A stretch of DNA of 31,489 bases from Candidatus Methylomirabilota bacterium (GCA_046726415.1 JBKPAK010000309.1:1-31489); one strand, 5' to 3'; shown: positions 16,095-25,699, counted from the stretch's first letter. Program-made: numbers and translations. The notes: generated from the sequence alone by a model not told the origin.

Positions 16095-17420
16095 TCAGCT
16101 CAAGTCAATCTCGAAGCTCCCATCCTTGAGGAAGGTCGTCGGCCTCATTCGAGCGGTATGACCCTGCCGCAGCGCATTAACGGTGTCCTCGATGATCTTC
16201 ATGTGCTGTTTGCGTTGAGCGGTGAGGCCGGGAGTTTCCGAACTGCTTGTGAACCAGAACTTGAAAGGCGTTCCGGGGCCGACGGGGACCCCGCCCTCGA
16301 TTCCCTCGAGGCGTGCTTTCGCAAACGCCTCCACAACTTCCTTCTCCGGGTTGTGATGTGCGCCATTCCCGCAGAACACATAGTGATCGGCCGTGACGCT
16401 CTTCACGAACTCTGCCTCCACGTTCCCCAGCGCGCCATGATGCTGCACTTTCAGCACGTTGACATGGATGCGCTTGTTCGCGTCAAGCTTCCCGTGGTGC
16501 GCGAGCCCGTCGAGGATCTCCTGAGATACGCCGTCGCCGGTGAGCAGCACTGAGAACACGTCTTCCTCGACAAGAAGCATCAGGGAGGCCAGGTTCGCCG
16601 CGGTCACCTTTTTCAGTCCTTCGCCCAGGGCCGCGTCGAGCATCGGGTTCGCGACGATGCGCGGGCTGAGCGTGCCCAGACGCTCTTCATCCTCGAGCAT
16701 CTCCGCCTGCAGCTCCCGAAGTGCCTTCTCGTTCGCATCGAGCCATTTCTGCCATCCAACGCGCAGCTTCTCGATGTCGTCATCCGACGGACCGAGGACG
16801 GAGATCTTCAACTTCCCCAGCGTCACCTGCTCGCCGCCGGCTGCGTTGCCAGGCGTACCGCGCTTCATGAGGGGGCCAGCCGCACGCGGGTTGAGGGCAA
16901 TTCCGAGTTGTTCGGGTGACAGCCGCCGGGACAGTTCCATCGACGATCGCTCACCTGTTGCGAGGTCGTCGAGCTCGGACGCGAGGTCCTGCAGCTCCTC
17001 GCTCGGCGCGCCCGCGAGCACGGTGGCCACGCTTTCGAGCACGCCTTCAACAGACGGTGCAATCTGGTCCCCCACCAGATGGAACAGTCCATTGTGCCAG
17101 ACCTCACCTACCTCTGGCGGACGAGCCACTGTCGGAGCAGGTTCGCCCGGGGTGTCCACCTGTTGAAACTCGAACGCCCTCCAATCCACTTCGTCCTCCA
17201 CGAGCTGAAGGATGCCCGTGATGTGGTCGTCATCTATGTGCGAGACGCAGATGATGTCGATCCTCTCGTTCGCCGTGCGCAATCCGCCCAAAAAGGCCCG
17301 CGTGTTCTGCTGGTAGGACGTCCGGCGGCCGCCGTCGACGAGTATGCGGCGCGGTGTGCTGTCGCTAGACGACAGGAGGAGACAGTCGCCGTCGGAGGCG
17401 TGGAATACTCGCAGCTTCAC
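16095..17420 (-). CDS. MBL-fold metallo-hydrolase, ComEC/Avs1a-like putative nuclease (441 aa)
   Basis: GTG 17420 overlaps the S8 stop (GTGA); GDCLLL, ILVDGG, VSHIDDDHITG, VWHN, NLASL, LLTGDG, LKVQHHGALGN, CGNGAHHNP. Confidence 0.9.
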   Translation of the reverse strand: MKLRVFHASDGDCLLLSSSDSTPRRILVDGGRRTSYQQNTRAFLGGLRTANERIDIICVSHIDDDHITGILQLVEDEVDWRAFEFQQVDTPGEPAPTVARPPEVGEVWHNGLFHLVGDQIAPSVEGVLESVATVLAGAPSEELQDLASELDDLATGERSSMELSRRLSPEQLGIALNPRAAGPLMKRGTPGNAAGGEQVTLGKLKISVLGPSDDDIEKLRVGWQKWLDANEKALRELQAEMLEDEERLGTLSPRIVANPMLDAALGEGLKKVTAANLASLMLLVEEDVFSVLLTGDGVSQEILDGLAHHGKLDANKRIHVNVLKVQHHGALGNVEAEFVKSVTADHYVFCGNGAHHNPEKEVVEAFAKARLEGIEGGVPVGPGTPFKFWFTSSSETPGLTAQRKQHMKIIEDTVNALRQGHTARMRPTTFLKDGSFEIDLS

Positions 17421-19483
17421 GGGCTCTTGTCCAGATCTACGGGCAGGAATGGCTTGTGGGTCTCGGCGAGGCACGCGTCGGGCTGGATCAGTCCGAAGCC
17501 CGCGGCGTCCTGCCAACGGTAGTCGGATCCGGGCAGCGGCTGCGCCGTGCGGCGCATGATCCCCACGATCTGTGTGGCGGTGAGTCGCGGCTCGCGTGCG
17601 AGCATGTGCGCGGCAACGCCCGCGACGTACGGGCTCGCCATGCTCGTCCCGCTCATGCCGATCCACATACGGTCCCGCGGCGAGAATCCGCGTGCCGCGA
17701 CGACGTCCGTGCCAGGGCCGGCGATCTCCGGCTTGTAACGGCCGTCACGCGTTGGGCCCTGGCTCGAGGAGCGGTTGATGCGCTCGGCAGCCTCCTCGCA
17801 ATTGCCGACCGAGATCACGCGATGCCCGCAGGCAAGCGAGCTGACCGACGACCGATCGACGTTCGAGCGCTGCGAGAAGTACGAGGGAAAGCGCCACGCG
17901 TCCACCTCGCCGAGGCGTCCGAGCGGCCGCGGATCGTCCCGCTCAATCCACGCGTCGAAGCGGCCGTCGCGGACTTCCACTCCTCGAAAGCGGACGAGCC
18001 AGGTGCCGGCCTCGATGCCGACGACGGGCGGTTTGAGGCGCGGGCTGAGAATGATGGCAATCCGGTTTGCGCCGTTCGCGACGTTGTACTGCTGGTTGTA
18101 GATCGAGACGAAGGTCTCGCTAGCGAGCCGCCGGTTCTCCACGTACGAACCGGGCCGCACCGGACCAATCCACACACCGGAGGGCGAGCGCAGGCGCACT
18201 TCGAATTCATCGCCCGCCTCGTACCAGATCTCGAGCTCGTTCTCCGAGACGTCGGCAATCCCGTTGCCGACGACCTGCCACTCGAGGTCCGTCTCGAGCC
18301 CACGGGCGGCCACCTGCCCGCTCGCATGGATGCGGCCCATGAAGAATCCGAGGTCGCCGGCGAATTGCGGTGCCTCCTGGCCCGCATTTCCCGCCGCAAC
18401 GCAGACGCAGCGCCCCGCCGTCATGAGCGCCGCGTCGATCCAGCGACAGATGGAGCTCGTTCCGTCGTGCGCGTGGCCGTTCGTGCCGAGGGAAATGTTT
18501 ACGACAGTCGGGATCCGCCGACCGTAGAGCCGCTCTCCGAGCGCAAACACATAGTCGACCGCGTGCGCGAGCCGCGTCGAATCATATAGAGACGCATGGC
18601 GCTCGTGGTCTTCCTCGGTCAGCGCGATCAGGACGCCGGCGATCGCCGCGTCGGGGCAGACGCCGAGGTTGCCGGCGGCAATGCTCGCCACGTGCGTGCC
18701 GTGGGCTCCTGGGCGTTGGGAGGACTGCCGCAGCAGATCGGTCGCGCCGACCTTGTGCGAGCGGCTCCATTCGAGCGCCCGATTCATCCGCTGACTCGTG
18801 ATTTCGGCTCCGTCGGGGAACGGGGGCGGCGGAGGTCCCAGCGGCGAACCCTTGGTGGCCCCCTGGTCCCAGATGCTCACGAAGCGGGTCGTCCCATAAG
18901 GAGTCAGGAAGTCGGGGTGCGCGAAGTCGAATCCGCCGACGTCGATGATGCCGATCAGGACCGCGGGCATGTTGCGGTCGAGCGGCACGGCCGCGTCGCC
19001 GGCAATTGATTTCGGCACGCGGCTCGGGGGCTCCTTCACCCCACGCGGGGTGATCACCGGCTTTGGCAGCGAAAGCGGCTCGCCCGTCTCAATCGACGCG
19101 ATTCCACTCTCAGGCCCGAGATTCACGATGTCGGCGATGTCGCGCGGGGTCAGTTCCGCGGTCAGCAGATCGCCGCGGCGAATCGGATTTCCCGGGAGCA
19201 CGTTCCTCCGGGCGTCAGGATCCGCCAGTCGAACGAAACAGCTCACCTTCACAGCGTCTGTCAACGGCTGATCGGAGGGGGGCGCGGCCAGCGCCTCTTT
19301 CGGCGTCGGTTGCTTGACCGCCTGCTGGAGCATCTCTTTGGCCTTGTGCTGCTGTGCGACCGGCGGTGGCGCCTGGACGGCGGCGGAGAGCTCCGACCGC
19401 AGCGCGTTCACTTCTTCGTCTCCGTTGCAGATCACACGGAGCCGAGGCCCAAGCTTTTCGAGATTTTCCTGTCTGATGCTCAT
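17417..19483 (-). CDS. Cytoplasmic S8 subtilisin-like serine protease with prodomain and Csp-like jelly-roll insertion
   Basis: Triad IGIIDVGG / HGTHVASIAAG / GTSMASP and oxyanion AAGN; beta-rich insert (ELEIWYE...GTWLVR...FDAWIERD) between Asn and Ser; no signal peptide. Confidence 0.93.
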   Translation of the reverse strand: MSIRQENLEKLGPRLRVICNGDEEVNALRSELSAAVQAPPPVAQQHKAKEMLQQAVKQPTPKEALAAPPSDQPLTDAVKVSCFVRLADPDARRNVLPGNPIRRGDLLTAELTPRDIADIVNLGPESGIASIETGEPLSLPKPVITPRGVKEPPSRVPKSIAGDAAVPLDRNMPAVLIGIIDVGGFDFAHPDFLTPYGTTRFVSIWDQGATKGSPLGPPPPPFPDGAEITSQRMNRALEWSRSHKVGATDLLRQSSQRPGAHGTHVASIAAGNLGVCPDAAIAGVLIALTEEDHERHASLYDSTRLAHAVDYVFALGERLYGRRIPTVVNISLGTNGHAHDGTSSICRWIDAALMTAGRCVCVAAGNAGQEAPQFAGDLGFFMGRIHASGQVAARGLETDLEWQVVGNGIADVSENELEIWYEAGDEFEVRLRSPSGVWIGPVRPGSYVENRRLASETFVSIYNQQYNVANGANRIAIILSPRLKPPVVGIEAGTWLVRFRGVEVRDGRFDAWIERDDPRPLGRLGEVDAWRFPSYFSQRSNVDRSSVSSLACGHRVISVGNCEEAAERINRSSSQGPTRDGRYKPEIAGPGTDVVAARGFSPRDRMWIGMSGTSMASPYVAGVAAHMLAREPRLTATQIVGIMRRTAQPLPGSDYRWQDAAGFGLIQPDACLAETHKPFLPVDLDKSP

Positions 19484-19629
19484 GGTCAGACCCCGGTGGC
19501 GGCCGGCCAGCATACTGGCAACGGGCTATTGAGGGCCGGCTCCGCGTCATGGAGTCGTGACAGAGTCCGCGGGCTGCCGCGACGGTTGGCATCCGTGGGG
19601 CTGGCCCGTGAGCCACCTCTGACCGCGCC

Positions 19630-19930
19630 CTACACGCTGTTCAAGCTAACCCGTAGTGATGCCATAAGTGCGTTGGCCTCCGCCCAGCCCGGAATAGGCT
19701 GGCACTCAGAGCGCACAGCTCTCTGAGAGAGGAGACCGGGACGATGGTACACGTGGGTATCGACCTCCGCAAACGCACGTCGCGGATCGCGGTTCTCAGC
19801 GCCGACGGGGAATTGACCCAGCATCGCTTGCCCAACGATGCGGCGCGACTTGAGCTGTTCTTGCCGAGTTGCCGGCGTCGAGCCCCATCGCGATCGAAGC
19901 CCTCCGGGACGTGGTGGTGCTTGATCACCT
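19630..19930 (+). mobile_element. IS110-family remnant: non-coding left end plus truncated, frameshifted transposase N-terminus
   Basis: GAGGAG then ATG 19744 MVHVGIDLRKRTSRIAVLSADGE...(shift) PIAIEA(S)GTWW; left boundary approximate. Confidence 0.8.
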
Positions 19931-20405
19931 GTTGTGAGAGCTCGGGCGCCGACGCGCCCTTGACGATCGCGTAGCGGCTCCGCTCACCAGGAAGCGGGGA
20001 GGCACGCTTCCATTTCTACGGGGGCCTCCACCATCACTCTGGCCGGCAGCGTAGGGGCGTGGCCAAGGAGCGAACAAGTCGCTCGATGCGGTTGCCTTGG
20101 GTGGAGTAGCCGAGACACGCGATGCCCACAGTCCCGTGGAACCTGCTGATGCGCTTGTTATCTGGCCGCCAAAACGACGCTCACTCACAGGCCGCCGACC
20201 TGGAGCCAGTGTCGCGACGTGACCGGACCCTTTTCCATATAGGATCTCGATAGGATCTCGCCATTCTTTATGGCCCGGGCAGCGGAGCGGGTCTTTCGCG
20301 ACAACACCACCTCCCTGGGCCGTGAGCGGTACTTCGAGGGCCGGGGGCTAGTGGATCTGATGCGAGCCATCCAGGCGGTGTGAGTCACGGGAAGGGAGCA
20401 TCGTC

Positions 20406-21490
20406 ATGTCAGAACAGATGAGCGGATTCCCCTACTGGCAAATCGAGTTCGATGAAGACGGCAAGCCCGTCCAGCCCTCGGCGATCGACACGCTCCTCGG
20501 GGAGCTGCCGACGCACAGCGTGCAAGACTTCTTCGTCTTCTCCCACGGCTGGAACAACGACCGGCGCGTGGCTCGATCGCTCTATTCCAGCTTCTTCGAT
20601 CAGCTCCAGGCCGTGCTCAAGGGGCGGAACCTCTCCCCGGGATCGATCGGAACGGCCGGCGTGATCTGGCCCTCGATTCTCTGGCCGGACGAGGCGCCGG
20701 CACCGAAGGCCGGCGGCGCCGCGAGCCTGCCCGCCAAGCTCTCCGATTCCGACATGGCCAGTCGGCTGACGGTCGCGTTCAAGCGACCGGAGCAGGTGGC
20801 CGCCATCGAGGAGATGGCGCGGCTTCTCGACGAGCGACCCAAGAACGACCCGGCGGCGCTGAGTCGGTTCCAGCAGTTGCTGGGCGCGCTCGCCCCGCCC
20901 AGCGCCGGTCCCGAGGACAACGGCGACAGGGCCCTAGTCACCGAGCCACCCGATCACGTCTTCCGGAGCATGGCCGTCGGAGTCGCCCGGCCGCGCGCCG
21001 CCGCCGCTGGCATCGACGACGCATTCGAGGGCCTGTGGACCGGCGCCAGGGAAGCGCTGCGGGCCACCACCTACTGGCACATGAAGAGCCGGGCGGGCAC
21101 CGTGGGCCGCGCCGGCTTGGGGCCGCTCATCGGCCGCATCCACGCGAGCCAGCCGGGGGTCAGGGTGCACCTCATCGGCCACAGCTTCGGCGCTCGCGTC
21201 GTCTCCTTCGCGCTAAGCGGGCTGCGGGCCGGTCTGGATGGTCCCGCCTCACCAGTCAAGACACTCGTCTTGCTGCAGGGCGCCTTCTCGCACTTCGCGT
21301 TCGCCGATGCCCTGCCCTTCGATTCTCAGCGCGGCGGAGCCCCGAAGGGCATGGCCAGCCGGGTGGACGGTCCCCTGCTGGTCTCGCACTCGAAGAAGGA
21401 CACCGCGGTCGGTGTCGCCTATCCCAAGGCGTCGTTCCTCTCACGAGCGGATGCGGCCTCGCTGGAGGACAAGGCGTCCCGCTGGGGTCT
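20406..21490 (+). pseudogene. Alpha/beta hydrolase (HGWNN...GHSFG family), 3'-truncated; ORF reads on to 21992 through antisense sequence
   Basis: GGGAG RBS; FVFSHGWNND, GVIWPS, TYWHMKSRAGTVG, HLIGHSFGARVV, LLQGAFSH, SHSKKDTAVG; family-like sequence stops after SRWG. Confidence 0.8.
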
Positions 21491-21835
21491 CCGGATTGAG
21501 GGTGTAGATCCGCGTCATGGGATGAGCCTGCCGATCCTTGACGTAGATGTCGCGCAGCTCCTTTCCCTCCTTCGTGAACGCAGCCTCGACAATGACCTGA
21601 TATCGGTGGGGCGACCTGAAGCCGGTCTTGGTCTCGTTCAGGGCAGCGAACATCGGGAGATGGACAGAAAAATGGTCTGCTCACCGAGTACCAGCATGTT
21701 GTGCGTGTTGGGCGCGTCCTCGGCGACGTCCGCATCGGCGCCGCGAGAGACCAACACACCCAACGCCAGCGCGCCAGCTGCGCTCGAGATCAGGAAGGCC
21801 CGACGGCTCACATACCGATCGAGGGCTACGGTCAT
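21490..21835 (-). pseudogene. Tat-exported hypothetical protein, frameshifted and 3'-truncated
   Basis: GAGGAGG RBS; SRRAFL Tat motif; HNMLVLGEQTIFLS (shift near 21661) HLPMF...SPHRYQVIVEA...RIYTLNPE. Confidence 0.7.
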
Positions 21836-22152
21836 GACAGCCTCCTCGCCCGGGTCGCACCAATCCGCATGGGCTCCGGCCCGCCCGCCGGTTGCCAGCA
21901 ACCTTGCCTCGCGAATGCGCGCTGATGCAACCCATGTATTCGGCCCATCCTCAGCGCCGAGTCCAGCCGATCATGATCACGCGTTCCACTGATCGTGATC
22001 GCTCGTCGGAGCGCAGGGGACGCCGCGCGATTGTGCGCGCCGTGGCCTTCGCGCCTGGGATGTGTTGCGTAGCGCCTGGTGATTGCTTCACCTCGGCATT
22101 CTCCAGATCTCGTGGGCCGTTCCCCGGAACTACCGACTCAAGTCTCGCGCTG

Positions 22153-22608
22153 TCAGCGATGAATCCCCGCGCCCGGCTGATCAAGCCCTAGCTCCTTGTA
22201 GGCCTGATTGAAGCATGCCGGGTAGGTGCGATCCGGGGCCGGGCCCTGGGCCAGACACTTCTTCAGTCGTTCCTTCACATGATCGAAGGCGGCCGTCTCC
22301 GAGCGGATCGTCACAGTGTGCGTCTCCTCCTTCGTGACGTTCCCGCCCAACGTCACGACCTTGAGGGAGACCTCGCCTGACGCTCCCTTAGTCACGACGA
22401 ACGTGATCGTCATCTCGAAGTCCTTGACGAGGAACATCGGCACGAGCTTCTGTTTGGCCTCGGTCTGCTGAGCCTCAATGAGGCCCTTTCTCACCGCCAG
22501 CACCAGGTCGGCGATGTTGATCGCCTCCTGGGCGTGCGCGGTGAATGGGCCAACGCAAAGAACTGAAAGCACCGGCAACAGCCATCTCAACAGCCGTCGG
22601 ACCGACAT
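22153..22608 (-). CDS. Trypco2-like (trypsin-co-occurring domain 2) protein with N-terminal signal peptide
   Basis: GAGG RBS; RRLLRWLLPVLSVLCVGPFTAHA-QE leader; INIADLVLAVRKGLIEA...FLVKDFEMTITFVVTKGASGEVSLKVVTLGGNVTKEETHTVTI matches the Trypco2 helix-plus-beta-hairpin pattern. Confidence 0.7.
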   Translation of the reverse strand: MSVRRLLRWLLPVLSVLCVGPFTAHAQEAINIADLVLAVRKGLIEAQQTEAKQKLVPMFLVKDFEMTITFVVTKGASGEVSLKVVTLGGNVTKEETHTVTIRSETAAFDHVKERLKKCLAQGPAPDRTYPACFNQAYKELGLDQPGAGIHR

Positions 22609-22719
22609 ACGTCACCTCACGATCGACGACGATAGACGAGCGGACGCACCAGCCCACCCCTTCGGAGAAGCTCAAAGTACGGTCGGGCCACCGCGCCGTA
22701 GTCGTCTGCCCTCCAAAAG

Positions 22720-23898
22720 CTAGTTCTGAGGCGCGCGGACCATGCCTGCGCCAACGTCAGCTGGATCGAACCCCGCCTGCAGCCCGTCCTGTACAGCCGT
22801 TCCGACCAGCCGAGTCATCAACTGGAAGCCGGTCAACGCTCCTGTCGCCTTAAGCTTTTGAGCCCACAGAGCGGCGACGCCCGCAACGTGTGGCGTTGCC
22901 ATGCTCGTCCCGTTCATGTCGATGAGCCCGCCGCCGAGCTTAGCCGAGGTCACGGCGACGCCGGGCCCCGAGACATTCGCGCCCGTGTTCGAGAACGGCG
23001 CCACCACGAAGACATTTCCGCTCTGTCCCAAGGCAGCCACGGAGACGATGCCGTCAGACACGGCCGGCGGGCTCACGGCGATTTCGAAGTCCGGATTCAC
23101 GTTCCGCCGGCTCTCGTTGCCTGCCGCCGCGACGATAATCGTGCTCTGCACGAAGCTCCCAAGGGACTTCACGACGGCCGCGAGACGCTCGAAAAGGAGA
23201 ACGTTGGCACGGTACCCTTCGAGGGCAAGCGAGGTAGCTAATTCCTGTGGGACTCCGCCCTGCTGCAACTGCTGTTGGAACCCGGGGAAGTCCATACCGA
23301 GCGACATCGAGATCACGTTGGCGCCGTTGTCCATGGCCCACTGAATCGCGGTCACGATGCTTTCGCTCGAACCTCCCTGATTGCCGAGCACCTTCCCGAT
23401 GAGCGCAGTCTTCACACCACGCGCGACGCCGATGCGAGTGTTGTTCACGTCCCGACCAAAGATGGTGCCGGCGCAGTGCGTGCCGTGACCATGCTGGTCC
23501 CCGTTGCCCTCGCCCGTAAAGTCCTTCTGCGTAAGGGTCACTCCGGCGAAGGCGGCATGTGTGGGATCGATGCCGGTGTCGAGCACCGCGACGACAATAC
23601 CGTCGCCGGTCAGGGCAGATGTGTCGGCTCCGACGGCTTTCACACCCCACGCGGTGGCGGCGGCCGAGGGTTGCGCCGGTGCGCCCACAGGCGCAATAAG
23701 CCTCATCGGCATCGAAGGAGCCACGGCAAGCACATCGTCGTGGCGGGCCAGTGCCGACACCCCCCTCAGGTCAAGCTCCTCGACTTCCACCTTCACGGCC
23801 TGGGGCTCGCCCACCCCCCTCGGCTGAGCAGCGGGACCGAGGAAGATGTCCCGGCTTCCTCCAGCGAGCGACCGCAGAATCACATGCTTCCCTTTCAT
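22720..23898 (-). CDS. S8 subtilisin-like serine protease (392 aa), no signal peptide
   Basis: AAGGAG then ATG 23898; VAVLDTGID, HGHGTHCAGTI, AAAGNES, NGTSMATPHVAGVAALW; short prodomain ending APSMPMRLIAP. Confidence 0.95.
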   Translation of the reverse strand: MKGKHVILRSLAGGSRDIFLGPAAQPRGVGEPQAVKVEVEELDLRGVSALARHDDVLAVAPSMPMRLIAPVGAPAQPSAAATAWGVKAVGADTSALTGDGIVVAVLDTGIDPTHAAFAGVTLTQKDFTGEGNGDQHGHGTHCAGTIFGRDVNNTRIGVARGVKTALIGKVLGNQGGSSESIVTAIQWAMDNGANVISMSLGMDFPGFQQQLQQGGVPQELATSLALEGYRANVLLFERLAAVVKSLGSFVQSTIIVAAAGNESRRNVNPDFEIAVSPPAVSDGIVSVAALGQSGNVFVVAPFSNTGANVSGPGVAVTSAKLGGGLIDMNGTSMATPHVAGVAALWAQKLKATGALTGFQLMTRLVGTAVQDGLQAGFDPADVGAGMVRAPQN

Positions 23899-24518
23899 GG
23901 TGATCTCCTTCGTCCCGCCCAAGTTAAGCGGCTTGCAAATTGGCCTCGGCCCGCGCCCGGAAGTGAGTATTGTGGAACCCCGAGCACGTTGAGAGTGCGG
24001 TGTCCGAGCACCGCCGTTGCGGCGAGACCTGTCCGCTGCGCGCACGTTGGCAAAGCACGGTGCGGCGTCTCCTGTTCAGCAGGACTCGCGCAGCATTTTC
24101 GCAGACCCGCGTTCAGCGTCCTCGTGCGCCATGACGCACCTCCTGGCAGCTCTCGATCCGAGATAACTCGTGTGCAACTGTGACGCCAGAGCCAACGCGA
24201 CGAGACATCGATACTTGTCTACACCGAAGCGCGTTGAGACAGTGGTGGTGGTGGTGCCGATTTGATCAGAGAACCCAAGCGGCCACACGCGTCGGCTGTT
24301 CGCCCTGCTTTGGCAGGAGCCGGCGACGCCGCGACACCGGAACGTCGCAATGCAACCGGCAACGAGGGGCGGACACTACTGCGAGGAAGCCCTAGGACCG
24401 CACCGTCACTTGAGAGATTCACGAGAGATGCGTAAATCGCGGTGGAGCAGGAACGAGCGTTAATGCCGGGAATGGCGAACACGCGGACAGGCTTGAATGC
24501 TACTCTTCAGGCCGGATC

Positions 24519-24975
24519 TTAGGAGGTGTATCTCCCATTTGACGACCGGCACGTCGAGGGGCCCCGGCGCACAAAGGCCGCCCTCGTCTGGAAAAGCTCA
24601 CCCCACACGACTTCCCGGGTCGTCCCGCATTGCGTGACCAGGTCGCGCCGCCGGACTTTCCTCACCTCCGACGCGATCCGCAGCGCCTCGTGGGAGCTGC
24701 GCATCGCCTCCGCAGACAGGCGTGTCTGGGCGCTCAAGGTCAGCCCAGCTCCCCACGACGCCGTTGCCACAGCGTGCCGGCAGACCGAGATCCTCCGGCA
24801 GGATCCAGTCACCGCGCCGGAAGATCATCGCCTGCTCCACGAGCGCCTCGACCTCGCGCACGTTGCCGCGCCAGGAATACTGCTCCAGCCGCCTGAGCGC
24901 CTCGCGTGTGGCGCCACGCACCGAGAAGCCGTACCGCTCATTGAGCTGGGCCCGGAAGTGCTCGACCATGGGTAT
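24519..24975 (-). pseudogene. Sigma54-dependent (NtrC-type) regulator C-terminal remnant
   Basis: IPMVEHFRAQLNERYG...EALRRLEQYSWRGNVREVEALVEQAMIF...ILPEDL, then a frameshifted HTH-like tail; GAFTGA/Walker region absent. Confidence 0.75.
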
Positions 24976-25699
24976 CGACTCGCCGGGCCCGGATCCGTCC
25001 CGTCCATACATTCAGATGGCGATCCGGGTCTCGATGGAGTGGGTGGCGGTGGGTGCGTATCGACTCGCAGCCATGTTTGAGGAGATTTACGGGCGGTAAA
25101 CACTCCAGGAAGTCGGCAAACTCAGGTTCACATTGGTGACTGGCGTCACGCTCACCAACTGACGCTTCGGGGGGTTGTCCATAGGATGGCGTTCGTTCTC
25201 GTCTGCGTGCTCGCGGCCGCTCCCATCAGTGCGCCTGCGCCCACTGGGCGAGATGCCGCGCCTCGTCTCCCATGCGCCGCTGGTCGGGTATCGGTATCCG
25301 GCTCCCTCGGCGTAGGCGCCGGCTCCCGAGGACGAGCTCTTCTCTCTGTGTCTCGTTGTCCGGAGGCGGAACGCGAGCCGCCGCCTGCCGTACGGCGTCC
25401 TGCAGAAGCTACGCGATACCCGGATAGCACTTGGCGGTCGTGAAAGCACCCTTCTCGACGAGGTCCGATTGTATCTCGTCGATCTCGGAGACTCGTTCGC
25501 GGCCGCGTACTACGTCATGTTCCGGGCCAATCTTTCGTCGAATTTTGCGGCGGCTCCCGCTCCGGGACATTCAAGGATCAATCGTTCGCCGCATTGTCAA
25601 CCCGCTACGCATCCATAAGCCTCTGTCATCGTAGTACGGGCGCAGCAATGTCGCGGCGGACGCTGCTCTTTAGCTTGGGCGTGCAATCAGCGAGCACGC

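Noticed and set aside
16095..17666. 523-aa version of the MBL ORF
   Set aside because: The first 82 codons overlap the S8 gene; the GTG at 17420 overlapping the S8 stop is the better start.
20206..20306. TGTCGCGA...TCGCGACA flanked ~100-bp segment as a possible MITE
   Set aside because: The inverted match is only about 8 bp, with no second copy or target duplication in the window.
24242..24256. (GTG)5 microsatellite
   Set aside because: Short, not in a supported gene, and expected by chance at this GC content.
25010..25099. EWVAVGAYRLAAMFEEIYGR, reminiscent of an S1/P1 nuclease C-terminal helix
   Set aside because: A single helix only; insufficient evidence.
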